Origin: a bacterium
GTDB lineage: Bacteria; UBA6262; WVXT01
Direction: 5' to 3'
DNA length: 15,675 nucleotides
Assembly (NCBI GenBank): GCA_046759165.1
Contig: JBHIBS010000031.1
Coordinates: 1-15,675, forward strand
Shown here: piece after piece, positions 7,680-15,675 of the stretch
How the letters are laid out: each line of letters opens with the position of its first letter
Position numbering within the stretch: position 1 is the stretch's first letter
Program-made: the position numbers and the translations under genes
The notes under the pieces: model-generated
What the model was told of the DNA's origin: nothing
Databases searched by the model: none
The model's input: the letters and a program-made list of their open reading frames with translations, nothing else

Positions 7680-8325
7680 TCATCGATTAACCTTTACCTT
7701 ATCCCTTCTACAGGTTCCATCTTTTCGTCCAGGGGGCCAACTTTTCTCGGACTCGCCCGATATGAACATCAACAATACGGTAGTGCCAAAGTATTCGTAG
7801 CCCCATACCGTTTCCAACAACAAACTCCTGTTAAGCACATGCCCCTTCTTTTTTATCAGAATGTAAAGTAAATCAAACTCCATAGGTGTTAAAACAATCT
7901 CTTTATTTTTTATAAACACAGTATGTTTATCCAAATTCAAATGGATATCCCCATACCTCAAAATTTCTTCTACTTTCTGCCTCCCCCAAGTTCCTCTTGG
8001 GAAGTTGGGTAACATAGTCATCAGGAGCAAAGCTCAATCCAATGACTTTGTGGATATACTGTCCTTGGCAGTTAGCATGATTATGACAATATGGGCCAAA
8101 GAAACATCTTCCCTGATCTTCTGGCAAACTGATAGCCACTCATACCAGGAAGCCTCAGGTCTAAAATTGCCAGCTCCGGTAGGGCTTGATGAATCTTTTC
8201 CAATGCCCCTACCCCTGTCATAAACGAGTGTCACCTTGAAACCTTCGCCTTCAAGAATATCTTTGACCAGATTAGCAATGTTCTCTTCGGCATATTCACC
8301 AGCATCAATGGCGAGCCTTTTCGCT
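7680..8325 (-). pseudogene. OmpR/PhoB-family response regulator pseudogene
   Basis: Fragments in shifting frames: EENIANLVKDILEGEGFKVTLVYD / GALEKIHQALPELAILDLRLPGMSGY / VCQKIRED...IIMLTAKDS / KVIGLSFAPDDYVT / LTPMEFDLLYIL...LLETVWGYEYFGTT / RIVDVHIGRVREKL / MEPVEGIR*. Confidence 0.9.
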
Positions 8326-8352
8326 ATAAACCCTTGCGAGAACTAATGCTGA

Positions 8353-8381
8353 ATTTTAACACTTTTTATGTGGCTTGTCAA
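8353..8381 (-). promoter_or_regulatory. sigma70-type promoter upstream of the regulator pseudogene
   Basis: Minus strand TTGACA-17 nt-TAAAAT. Confidence 0.7.
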
Positions 8382-8404
8382 CACTACCACCAAAACTAAA
8401 GCTT

Positions 8405-8441
8405 ATAAAATAAATCGCTCTGCACTTCCTGCAGAGCGATT
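8405..8441 (-). terminator. Probable terminator of the TPR-ExbBDD-TonB operon
   Basis: 12-bp stem aatcgctctgca/tgcagagcgatt (8413-8441) with a T-rich tail on the minus strand; a second hairpin lies at 8457-8484. Confidence 0.65.
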
Positions 8442-8504
8442 ATTCATAAAATCGGCCACTCGAGGTTGGGGAGAACCTCGGGTGACTCTAACTAAATAGT
8501 ATTC

Positions 8505-9425
8505 TTACCTAGTCTGAATGATAAGACATGTGGTCAACCCTCGACTGCCTCCCTTTACCACTTCTATGCTCAAGTCTTCTGGCAAGAGAATCAGGCTGCC
8601 GGAAATATGGTCCGAAAGTAAGACTTTAGCTCTTTCCCAGAGCGAAAGGTCTGGGTGATCGGTACAAATCTCTACGCGAAAAGGATATCTCGAATATTGG
8701 CGTAAAACGTCTAAAGCCTTTTCCATGATTAGTTTGCCATCTTCTGAAAATTTATCCCTCTCTGGAGTATAAAGGACTCTATTGGCTATCTCAATGTTTA
8801 CGCTCTTTTTCTGATGATATTTCAATGCCCACAACTGAAATGGCTTTCCGGCAGTAGTATGAGGTTTATCATCTTGGTCTATAGCCACGAAATTATAGGA
8901 ATATAGAGCTCCTACTCTTATTATTCTTCCTCTTTCATCCTGACCATCCCATTCAATAGTGTCTGGAGGACTTCCTTTACCCAGGAGAGTTCTTATGATA
9001 TTTCCTTTCTCATCCGTAATTGCCAGTTTCCATTTCTTAATTCCAAGATCGGAGGGTTTTGGATGGAAAGTTATCAGGGGAGGCTCTGGAAGGGAAGGCA
9101 GCCAGGGTCTAACCACCTGCCTGCTATTTAAGGAGGTAAATTGCTCGAAATGCTTCTGCCTTAGAATTTGTAAACCACCCTTCATAAGAGTTTCCGTTTT
9201 CTCTATAGATGGACTAACAATATCTCCCAAATCAATTTCAATCTTGTGAGGAGGTTTCTCCACTTTGACAGTATCTTTAGCCTTACCCTTTATTATAATT
9301 TCTGAAAGTTCTTCGCTGGTTTCTTCTTTCGGTGAAGTATCCAAGACTTCTTCAGTTAAAGCATTTCCGTAGTTTAGAAATATTAGCGAGAGAGTGACTA
9401 AAATAAAACATATTTTCTTAATCAT
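8505..9425 (-). CDS. Exported protein with FlgD-type Ig-like domain and degenerate OmpA/Pal-like C-terminal domain
   Basis: Signal-like N-terminus MIKKICFILVTLSLIFL, with ATG overlapping the upstream stop; WKLAITDEKGNIIRTL...IEWDGQDERG; VLY...FSEDGKLIMEKALDVLRQYSRYPFRVEICTD...ERA. Confidence 0.7.
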   Translation of the reverse strand: MIKKICFILVTLSLIFLNYGNALTEEVLDTSPKEETSEELSEIIIKGKAKDTVKVEKPPHKIEIDLGDIVSPSIEKTETLMKGGLQILRQKHFEQFTSLNSRQVVRPWLPSLPEPPLITFHPKPSDLGIKKWKLAITDEKGNIIRTLLGKGSPPDTIEWDGQDERGRIIRVGALYSYNFVAIDQDDKPHTTAGKPFQLWALKYHQKKSVNIEIANRVLYTPERDKFSEDGKLIMEKALDVLRQYSRYPFRVEICTDHPDLSLWERAKVLLSDHISGSLILLPEDLSIEVVKGGSRGLTTCLIIQTR

Positions 9426-10888
9426 CAGGCTCCTCCTTCTAATGAGAAATAGAAGGTTAATACTCCCCACTCTTCTTTCCCATAGATATCTCCTTCTAAA
9501 GAAGCGAACTGCCACTGTTTCAACGCCTCCATTACTAACTTATCTAAAACCGGATAGCCAGAAGTTTTCACCACATAAATATTATCCTTAACCTTTCCGT
9601 TAGAAAGGACTACAAAATGTACGCTCGTCCCCGCTTCAATTCCCTCCTTTTCTGCCCATTCGGGATAAGAGGGGATAACTTTACGGAGAACCTTTCTCCG
9701 AGAGAGTGGACCTACGATCTCATAGATAACCCTTCCCCAGGGCTTTTTCTTTGCAACTTCCTTCTTTGCCCCCGAAGGAGAACTCGACTCTTCAATTCCA
9801 GTACCAGCAATTCCACTCTCCTTTCGATAGGCTCGGGAGAAGACCACACCTTTCCTGAATGTCCTCTCTTTTTCTTTCTCTTTGGATCCGGTTCCCTGGA
9901 AAGAACCTTCCTTTGAAGTAATTCCTGTTGAGGATTCTCCCACTGCTCCGACTCCAGCTCCGATGTGCTCGTCCCCGCTTCTTCCTCCTTGAGCCAATCC
10001 AACCTCTCCTCTGCCAGAGCCGGAGACTGACCGGAGTGACTCTCCTTCTACACTTCCTTTATATTCTCCTTTACCTGTGAGAATTCCGCCAGAACCCAAT
10101 CCATCTCCGTACTCTGCCAACCTTCTCTCCTCCTCCTTCTTAGCCATATCTAACAAGTTTGCCAGCACCTCTGTCCCTGAAATTCTTCCCTCAGCTTCCT
10201 GTTTGACCACACGGAAAAATCCTTCACCGAAGTCTGCCTTTCCCTTAATATCTTTTAAAGTGGGCCTTTGTGTAAGTATGCCTTTTGATGTCTCTTTACC
10301 CAAATTTATAGCCACAGTATCTATATCAGTACCTCTTATTTCCTCCCTGTTAGCCACCTGGAAGGGGAGGTCTTTTTTAGCAACTTTATACTCCTTATCT
10401 TTAAGCTTTTCTAATTTTAACTCCTTGAGTTTTGGTTCCTTCGAGGCAACGAGAACACTCTCTTCCTTATGGAGCAACTTCTCTTTGGAATTAGGTTTGA
10501 GGGATAAATCAAATTTTTTGGAAAGAGATGCTTTCTTATCGATTAAAGTCTTCTTCTGAGAAAGGCCTCGAATTTTATCGACCTCCAGTTTGGAAGGACC
10601 TTTACCAGCCAGTATCTCTTGTTTCTTGGGGCGTTCTACTTTCTTAATTGTAAAGAAGTGTTTCAATCTTTCTTTGAGAGATTGGGGTGGCTTGCCGGGA
10701 ACTCTAACTCGTCTTGCTCTTATTATCTCTTCTGGAGTAACATACTCGACTTCGACTATCGGGATGAGCTTCACCGCTTCATCAGTTCTATATAGATTGA
10801 AGTTTACCAACAAAAGCAAAACGTGCAAACCTATTGCAATCATCCAGCAAATAATATCGTGTTTCATCTGTGTGTGAACAAGCATCAT
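9425..10888 (-). CDS. TonB/TolA-family energy transducer
   Basis: N-terminal TM with His (AIGLHVLLLL), long Lys/Glu- and Gly-rich linker, TonB_C-like PSYPEWAEKEGIEAGTSVHFVVLSNGKV...TSGYPVLDKLVMEALKQWQF. Confidence 0.88.
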   Translation of the reverse strand: MMLVHTQMKHDIICWMIAIGLHVLLLLVNFNLYRTDEAVKLIPIVEVEYVTPEEIIRARRVRVPGKPPQSLKERLKHFFTIKKVERPKKQEILAGKGPSKLEVDKIRGLSQKKTLIDKKASLSKKFDLSLKPNSKEKLLHKEESVLVASKEPKLKELKLEKLKDKEYKVAKKDLPFQVANREEIRGTDIDTVAINLGKETSKGILTQRPTLKDIKGKADFGEGFFRVVKQEAEGRISGTEVLANLLDMAKKEEERRLAEYGDGLGSGGILTGKGEYKGSVEGESLRSVSGSGRGEVGLAQGGRSGDEHIGAGVGAVGESSTGITSKEGSFQGTGSKEKEKERTFRKGVVFSRAYRKESGIAGTGIEESSSPSGAKKEVAKKKPWGRVIYEIVGPLSRRKVLRKVIPSYPEWAEKEGIEAGTSVHFVVLSNGKVKDNIYVVKTSGYPVLDKLVMEALKQWQFASLEGDIYGKEEWGVLTFYFSLEGGA

Positions 10889-10896
10889 TTATCTCC

Positions 10897-11325
10897 CTAT
10901 TTTGAAACCTCCCTGTACTGTCTCCTCTGTTGTGTGGCTACTGCTATCCTTTTAGCCCCTGCTTTTTTGACAACTAAATCGAGAATTTTCTCCACCTCTC
11001 CATACGGAATATCTTTATCAGCACGAATTATGACTAGTGCTTTCTTGTCTTCTCTTAGTCTGTATTTAAGTTTAGGAACCAGGTCTTTCCAAGAGACCAA
11101 CTCCGTGTTTATGGCCAATTTCCCATTCTTTCCATAACTGAGTGTAATGTTTCGCTCCTTTGCCTCGATAGTTACTGCCTTTGGGAGATTAACAGGAATA
11201 TTGGGTAAACTGAGAATGGGAGCTGTTATTATAAGGATGATTACCAAAACCAATGCCACATTAATGACAGGCGCAATATTGACGCCAACTATAGAATTCT
11301 CTTCAATCTGTTTTGTTCTTCTCAT
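10897..11325 (-). CDS. exbD: ExbD/TolR family protein (Asn at the conserved Asp position)
   Basis: NIAPVINVALVLVIILIITAP, VNLPKA, VIIRADKDIPYGEV, AGAKRIAVAT. Confidence 0.9.
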   Translation of the reverse strand: MRRTKQIEENSIVGVNIAPVINVALVLVIILIITAPILSLPNIPVNLPKAVTIEAKERNITLSYGKNGKLAINTELVSWKDLVPKLKYRLREDKKALVIIRADKDIPYGEVEKILDLVVKKAGAKRIAVATQQRRQYREVSK

Positions 11326-11335
11326 TCTAAACTCC

Positions 11336-11782
11336 TTATTCAGGTGTCTTCTTGCTTGTCTTTCTTTTAGACCCTTTCAACAGGGACAATTTTACCGCTC
11401 CGCTCTGCCTGGAAAGGTCTAGAATATGTACCACTCTTCCGTGCAGGACTTCCCTGTTAGCAGTAATCATAACCGATTTCTGCTTCTTATTCTCCAATTC
11501 TTTAGCTAGCCTTATTGAGAATTCCTCTTCCGATTCTATCTTCTCAGTATTTAAATATATCGCCTCATCGGTAATGCGAACGAAGAGCGGCTTCTCTTTC
11601 GCTTTTTCTACCTGGGTAGTTTTTACCGCCTTGGACGAATGGACTTTGATCATTGACTGCATAATCATTGGTGATATTACCATTAAGATAATGATGAGAG
11701 TCAGAGAAACGTCACCCAAGGGGGTAATATTTACCTCTACGAGTTCCTTCCGACCTCCCTTTTCAACCGAATCTTTCCTCAT
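11336..11782 (-). CDS. exbD: ExbD/TolR family protein (canonical Asp)
   Basis: EVNITPLGDVSLTLIIILMVISP and VMITANREVLHGRVVHILDLSRQSG. Confidence 0.9.
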   Translation of the reverse strand: MRKDSVEKGGRKELVEVNITPLGDVSLTLIIILMVISPMIMQSMIKVHSSKAVKTTQVEKAKEKPLFVRITDEAIYLNTEKIESEEEFSIRLAKELENKKQKSVMITANREVLHGRVVHILDLSRQSGAVKLSLLKGSKRKTSKKTPE

Positions 11783-11829
11783 CTCTATCCTCCAATCTCA
11801 ATTCTTATTCCTTGTCGCTTATCTCTATT

Positions 11830-12468
11830 TCATCCGTGTCTTCTCTCTACAGTCCGCTCACCATATAAGAGAATAGTCAACTCTGAAGTGAAGGTATCGA
11901 TTCTTACCATCAAGTTGCGAAGTCTGGAGGTGAAATAGTTGTAGATAATAACTGCAGGGACAGCTACAGCAATACCTGTAACAGTAGTTACCAAGGCCTC
12001 GGAGATTCCAGCGGCAACTATCGTTGGTCCCCCTGAGCCAGACAAGGCGAGATCGTGGAAAGACCTCATTATGCCCAGAACTGTTCCCATAAGTCCAAGG
12101 AGTGGTGAGATGAAACTTAGCGTGCCAAACACTCCTAACCGCGCCCTCAACAAGTTCTGGCTCCTCTGCTTGTAGCTTTCCATGGTGTCCTCAGCATCGA
12201 TTCTGGAAAGATGGGAAGCGTTCAATCCGGCTTTCACGATTTCAGGAACCAGACCCTTGTTCTTATCACAGCAATCGATAGCCTCCTGAACTTTTCCATC
12301 CTTAACCAATCTCTTCACTTCCACTAAGAACCTACTATCTATTCTCCCTGCTCGATAGTAGTACCAGAACCTTTCCAGCGCATAAGCAACCACCAAAAGA
12401 GAAGCCACCAGGAGAATCGGCATAACAGCGCTGAGCTTCATCAACTCAACAAAGGTTAAGTTGTGCAT
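11830..12468 (-). CDS. exbB: MotA/TolQ/ExbB proton channel family protein
   Basis: ALERF, SPLLGLMGTVLGIMRSF, VAAGISEALVTTVTGIAVAVPAVIIYNYF. Confidence 0.93.
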   Translation of the reverse strand: MHNLTFVELMKLSAVMPILLVASLLVVAYALERFWYYYRAGRIDSRFLVEVKRLVKDGKVQEAIDCCDKNKGLVPEIVKAGLNASHLSRIDAEDTMESYKQRSQNLLRARLGVFGTLSFISPLLGLMGTVLGIMRSFHDLALSGSGGPTIVAAGISEALVTTVTGIAVAVPAVIIYNYFTSRLRNLMVRIDTFTSELTILLYGERTVERRHG

Positions 12469-12530
12469 CGTTCCCTCCTTTCCCCACGGTTAAACCGTAT
12501 ATATAAAATGCTACCATTGTAGGCACAGAC

Positions 12531-15527
12531 TCAATCTGTGCCTTTTTGCTTCAATATTTTCATCCTCTCTTTAGCTACAGCAATCCACTCCGGATTCTTG
12601 CTATTCCTGACAATATCTCCGTAAATAACCAAACCCTTCTCCCGCTCGCCTTCGGCCTTGTAGATTTCCGCTAATTGCATCAGTCCTGCCAGTCTATACT
12701 CATCACTCTTGGGCACAAAATTAACTAAAGCCTCATAAGCTTCCTTCCTTTTTTCTGGCATCTTCAGCTTATCATAGCACCTGGCAGCGTAGAACTCCGC
12801 CTCACTTTTCTCTGATTTCCCTTCTGGCATTCTCTCATAGGCTTCTACCGCCTTCTCATAGTCGTCCAGGACCTCGTATAATGAACCAATCTGCAGGAAG
12901 GCAAAACCCGTCTTTTCGTCATCTGGATAGCCGGACACGAAATTCTCATAAGCTTCAATAGATTCCCTCAGCTTCTGGGCTTTCTTGTAGCATAGCGCAA
13001 TATTCAAGGTCGCATCTTTAACTAAGAGATCTTCAGGATATGAGAGAGTAAAATCTTGGAAGGCAAGTATACTTTTTTCAAATTCCTCCATATTAAAGTA
13101 GCTGACTGCCTTACGGAACATGGCTTGAGAGCCCAATTTATCTTCGGGAAAATTGAGGATGAAATTCTCATAGGCATTTACCGCCTCAGGATATTTCTCC
13201 TGAAGGTAGTAGCATTCTGCCTGATAATAGAATGCTTGAGCTGCTGAGGTACTTTCTGGAAAGTCGAGAATAATCTTCTCGAAATATTTCCGTGCTAATG
13301 GATAGTTCTTACGATTAAAGGCCTCTGCACCCAATTTCCAGTAAGTATCTGCAGCGAACCTCGATTTGGGGAAATGTGCAGTCAGTTTTTCCAGTTCTTC
13401 GATCGACTTGCCCTGCCGGTAATAACTCATCTGCAACTGCTCCAGAACAGCCCCAACATTTTCATGTTCTGGATAATCCCTGATGAATTCCTCGTACTGA
13501 GCTATTGCACCCTGAATATTGCCCTGGTTGTAATAACATTGCCCTATTTGCAGTACCGCTTCTTTTACCATCTCGGAACTGGGATACTCCTTCAGCAACC
13601 AGCGATAGATACTTAATGCTTGGTCGTATTTGCCCAAACCAAAATATGTCTTCCCTGCCTGTAGCAGACCCTGGGCAGCGAGTTTATCCTCCTTATATCT
13701 TCTTGCCAGCTTCTCCCATTTCTTTATTGCCTCTGAGAAGTATTCCAAACGATAAAGCGATAGACCTTCCTGATATAGAGCCTGACTTACTTTGGGATTT
13801 TCTGGAGAGCGCTTCACAAACTCCTCATAGTAGGAAATTGCCTTTTCATACTGCTTCTTATTAAACAGCACATTGGCCATCTCAAGAAGAATTAAGTCGC
13901 TGGCCTCTCCGCCTTCTTCTTGAGCTTTAGCTAAGGCCTTCTCCTGTGCCTCAGCGGCCTCTTCGTAATCTCCTCTCTCAGCATAGCAGGAAGAGATAGC
14001 CTGAAATGCTCTGGCCACAAGTGGAGAGGCTGGGAAAACTTTGGTGATCAATTTATATACTTCTGTTGCCTCACTATATTTACCAAGAGCATAGTATGCC
14101 TCTCCGATCATAAAGTAAGTTTCTGCCCGCCAAACGTTAGAGCTCAAAGGTGCATTCTTCAAAATTTGATAAACGTTTGTTACCAGTCGAGAGTATTCTT
14201 CTGACTGGTAGTATGCGGTAGCCATAAGATAGAGTGCTTTTTCAAAAAATGGAGTCTCGGGAAATCGATCGATAATCTCTTGATAGCACCTCACAGCTTC
14301 TCCGTACCTTTCCGTCTTTTGATAAGAGATGCCCTCAATAAGTAAGACATTTGCTGCCAGTTCGCCCCACTGGTAGGAGTTGAGGAAATCTTTTGCCCCT
14401 ACTATCGCTTCTTCATACTGGCTCTGTTGAGCGTGAGACCAAATTATCTTAAATTGAGAATACATTGATAACTCTTCCACCTTTAATGAGAGGGAATAGT
14501 TAGCCAGTGCTTTAGCAAAATCGTTCTGCTCGAGGGAAATCTCGCCAATTAGATAATTTGAGTAAAGACTCAAAGGACTTTGGGGAAATTCCTCAAGCAA
14601 ATTTTGCAACTTTATTTCTGCTTCACCATATTTCCCCTGTTGAAAAACTGAGCAGGCAAGACGATACAATGCTGCTTCTCTCAAATCGCTTTCCGGGTAT
14701 TGGGAGAGCAAGTTGTCGAATGCCTCTGATGCCAAAGGATACTGCTTGGACTGGAAAAATGACTCGCCTATCTGGTATTGAGCTTTATCAGCCCACGAGC
14801 CTTGCGGGTCTTTTCTCAATATCTCTGTAAACAGCGCCGTGGCCATTATCACTTTGTTCAATTTCCTGAAAGCTACACCCGAATAGTAGATGCAACCTAA
14901 GTCATCTTTGACCTTACGAAAATTTTCCAGAGCAGCTTTCGTATCTCCCTTCTCCAGAAGGATTAACCCTAAGGGAATAAGGACGGCCGGTTCATTATTA
15001 TAGCCTGGATAAAAGAGAAGTATTTCTTCCAAGGAATCTCTTGCTTTTTCTGTTTCTCCTATTGCCAAGTAAGAGAGGGCAATTCCGTATAAGGCCTCAG
15101 ACCTCAAATTCTTGTTCTTTCCTTTTTTTACCTCTGTGAAATGGTCAATTGCATAATGGTATCTGGCCAAATTAAACTCACATTCACCAAGCCGATAGAT
15201 TGAATTAATAAACAGGCCATAATCTCTACCAGACTTCTTGGCAGCCTTACGGAATGCCTTGGCTGCCTCCTTATATATCCCTTTATCGAAAAGACACTGC
15301 CCAATCATAAACTGGGCACTGGCTGCCTGGGAATCCCTCGGGAATTCCTTCAGAAATTGTATGAATCTGTTCATTGCCTCTCCTACACTACCTTCTCTAT
15401 AAACGGAGCAGGCGAAATTATATTCAGAGATGGCGTCCATCTCCCTTCTCTTTGCTCCTGCTATCGACAAGGGAATGAGAAGAAGAATCGCAACGATTAA
15501 TGAAAATTTACTTATCTTTTTGAACAT
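12531..15527 (-). CDS. Large exported tetratricopeptide-repeat protein (CpoB/BamD-like repeats)
   Basis: Signal peptide MFKKISKFSLIVAILLLIPLSIAGA, then continuous TPR units such as AQYQIGESFF...YPLASEAFDNLLSQYPESDL. Start corrected to ATG 15527. Confidence 0.92.
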   Translation of the reverse strand: MFKKISKFSLIVAILLLIPLSIAGAKRREMDAISEYNFACSVYREGSVGEAMNRFIQFLKEFPRDSQAASAQFMIGQCLFDKGIYKEAAKAFRKAAKKSGRDYGLFINSIYRLGECEFNLARYHYAIDHFTEVKKGKNKNLRSEALYGIALSYLAIGETEKARDSLEEILLFYPGYNNEPAVLIPLGLILLEKGDTKAALENFRKVKDDLGCIYYSGVAFRKLNKVIMATALFTEILRKDPQGSWADKAQYQIGESFFQSKQYPLASEAFDNLLSQYPESDLREAALYRLACSVFQQGKYGEAEIKLQNLLEEFPQSPLSLYSNYLIGEISLEQNDFAKALANYSLSLKVEELSMYSQFKIIWSHAQQSQYEEAIVGAKDFLNSYQWGELAANVLLIEGISYQKTERYGEAVRCYQEIIDRFPETPFFEKALYLMATAYYQSEEYSRLVTNVYQILKNAPLSSNVWRAETYFMIGEAYYALGKYSEATEVYKLITKVFPASPLVARAFQAISSCYAERGDYEEAAEAQEKALAKAQEEGGEASDLILLEMANVLFNKKQYEKAISYYEEFVKRSPENPKVSQALYQEGLSLYRLEYFSEAIKKWEKLARRYKEDKLAAQGLLQAGKTYFGLGKYDQALSIYRWLLKEYPSSEMVKEAVLQIGQCYYNQGNIQGAIAQYEEFIRDYPEHENVGAVLEQLQMSYYRQGKSIEELEKLTAHFPKSRFAADTYWKLGAEAFNRKNYPLARKYFEKIILDFPESTSAAQAFYYQAECYYLQEKYPEAVNAYENFILNFPEDKLGSQAMFRKAVSYFNMEEFEKSILAFQDFTLSYPEDLLVKDATLNIALCYKKAQKLRESIEAYENFVSGYPDDEKTGFAFLQIGSLYEVLDDYEKAVEAYERMPEGKSEKSEAEFYAARCYDKLKMPEKRKEAYEALVNFVPKSDEYRLAGLMQLAEIYKAEGEREKGLVIYGDIVRNSKNPEWIAVAKERMKILKQKGTD

Positions 15528-15569
15528 TTTATTTCTCCCCCTATCTATCTTCCTCACGCGTAACTATAA

Positions 15570-15605
15570 CCCTCTCCCTTTAGGGAGGAGGAAAGGGGTG
15601 AGGGT
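15570..15605. repeat. CCCTCACCC...CCCTCTCCC/GGGAGAGGG-type small palindromic repeat
   Basis: Minus strand accctcacccctttcctcctccctaaagggagaggg resembles a widespread intergenic repeat class; recognised from memory. Confidence 0.55.
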
Positions 15606-15607
15606 CC

Positions 15608-15675
15608 TCATTCGCCAACCTCAGTGAGTTCTTTTCCATTTACTCTCATTTCTATCGGTACCTCTTCTGAAGGGA
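15608..15675 (-). CDS. 3' end of an upstream gene (…PSEEVPIEMRVNGKELTEVGE*)
   Basis: Open frame from the window edge to TGA at 15608-15610. The frame choice is tentative because another frame is open to a stop near 15621. Confidence 0.4.
   Translation of the reverse strand, partial: PSEEVPIEMRVNGKELTEVGE

Noticed and set aside
7584-7680. tRNA-Trp expected upstream of secE
   Set aside because: No cloverleaf or TTCGA T-loop; the region holds a promoter instead.
8179-8212. GTAGGGC...GCCCCTAC REP-like sequence inside the pseudogene
   Set aside because: It encodes VGALEKIHQALP, which aligns without gaps to the receiver helix, so it is probably coincidental.
7680-8234. Three short minus-strand ORFs as separate genes
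   Set aside because: They are frameshifted fragments of one response regulator.
15559-15608. cgtaactataac...ggtcct resembling the 23S rRNA I-CeuI site split by a repeat
   Set aside because: Only 12+6 nt match and the flanks are not rRNA-like.
749-15627. Plus-strand ORFs in the ORF track
   Set aside because: They lie wholly or largely antisense to well-supported minus-strand genes or the pseudogene and have no recognisable motifs.

Overview
AT-rich chromosomal window from a diderm bacterium; every credible gene is on the minus strand. In transcription order (right to left): the end of an upstream CDS; an envelope motor operon (about 1000-aa TPR protein, ExbB/TolQ, two ExbD/TolR, TonB-like protein, Ig-like plus degenerate OmpA-like protein); a decayed OmpR/PhoB-type regulator pseudogene; a stand-alone secE-nusG-rplK-rplA unit with its own promoter and terminator and no rplJL-rpoBC; a two-gene unit (excisionase-type HTH protein and a very basic tandem-repeat protein) bracketed by long fold-back elements; tpiA and rpiB; an atypical DnaA paralogue; a single-domain response regulator; and the first four codons of another gene. 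The most interesting items are (1) the DnaA-family ATPase that lacks DNA-binding domain IV and instead carries a Zn ribbon and an unknown C-terminal domain, (2) the TonB/Tol-like motor in which one ExbD has Asn at the conserved proton-carrying Asp and the downstream non-barrel protein has a TonB-box-like motif, and (3) the candidate nucleoid-protein cassette. All calls come from reading motifs by eye; no searches were run.
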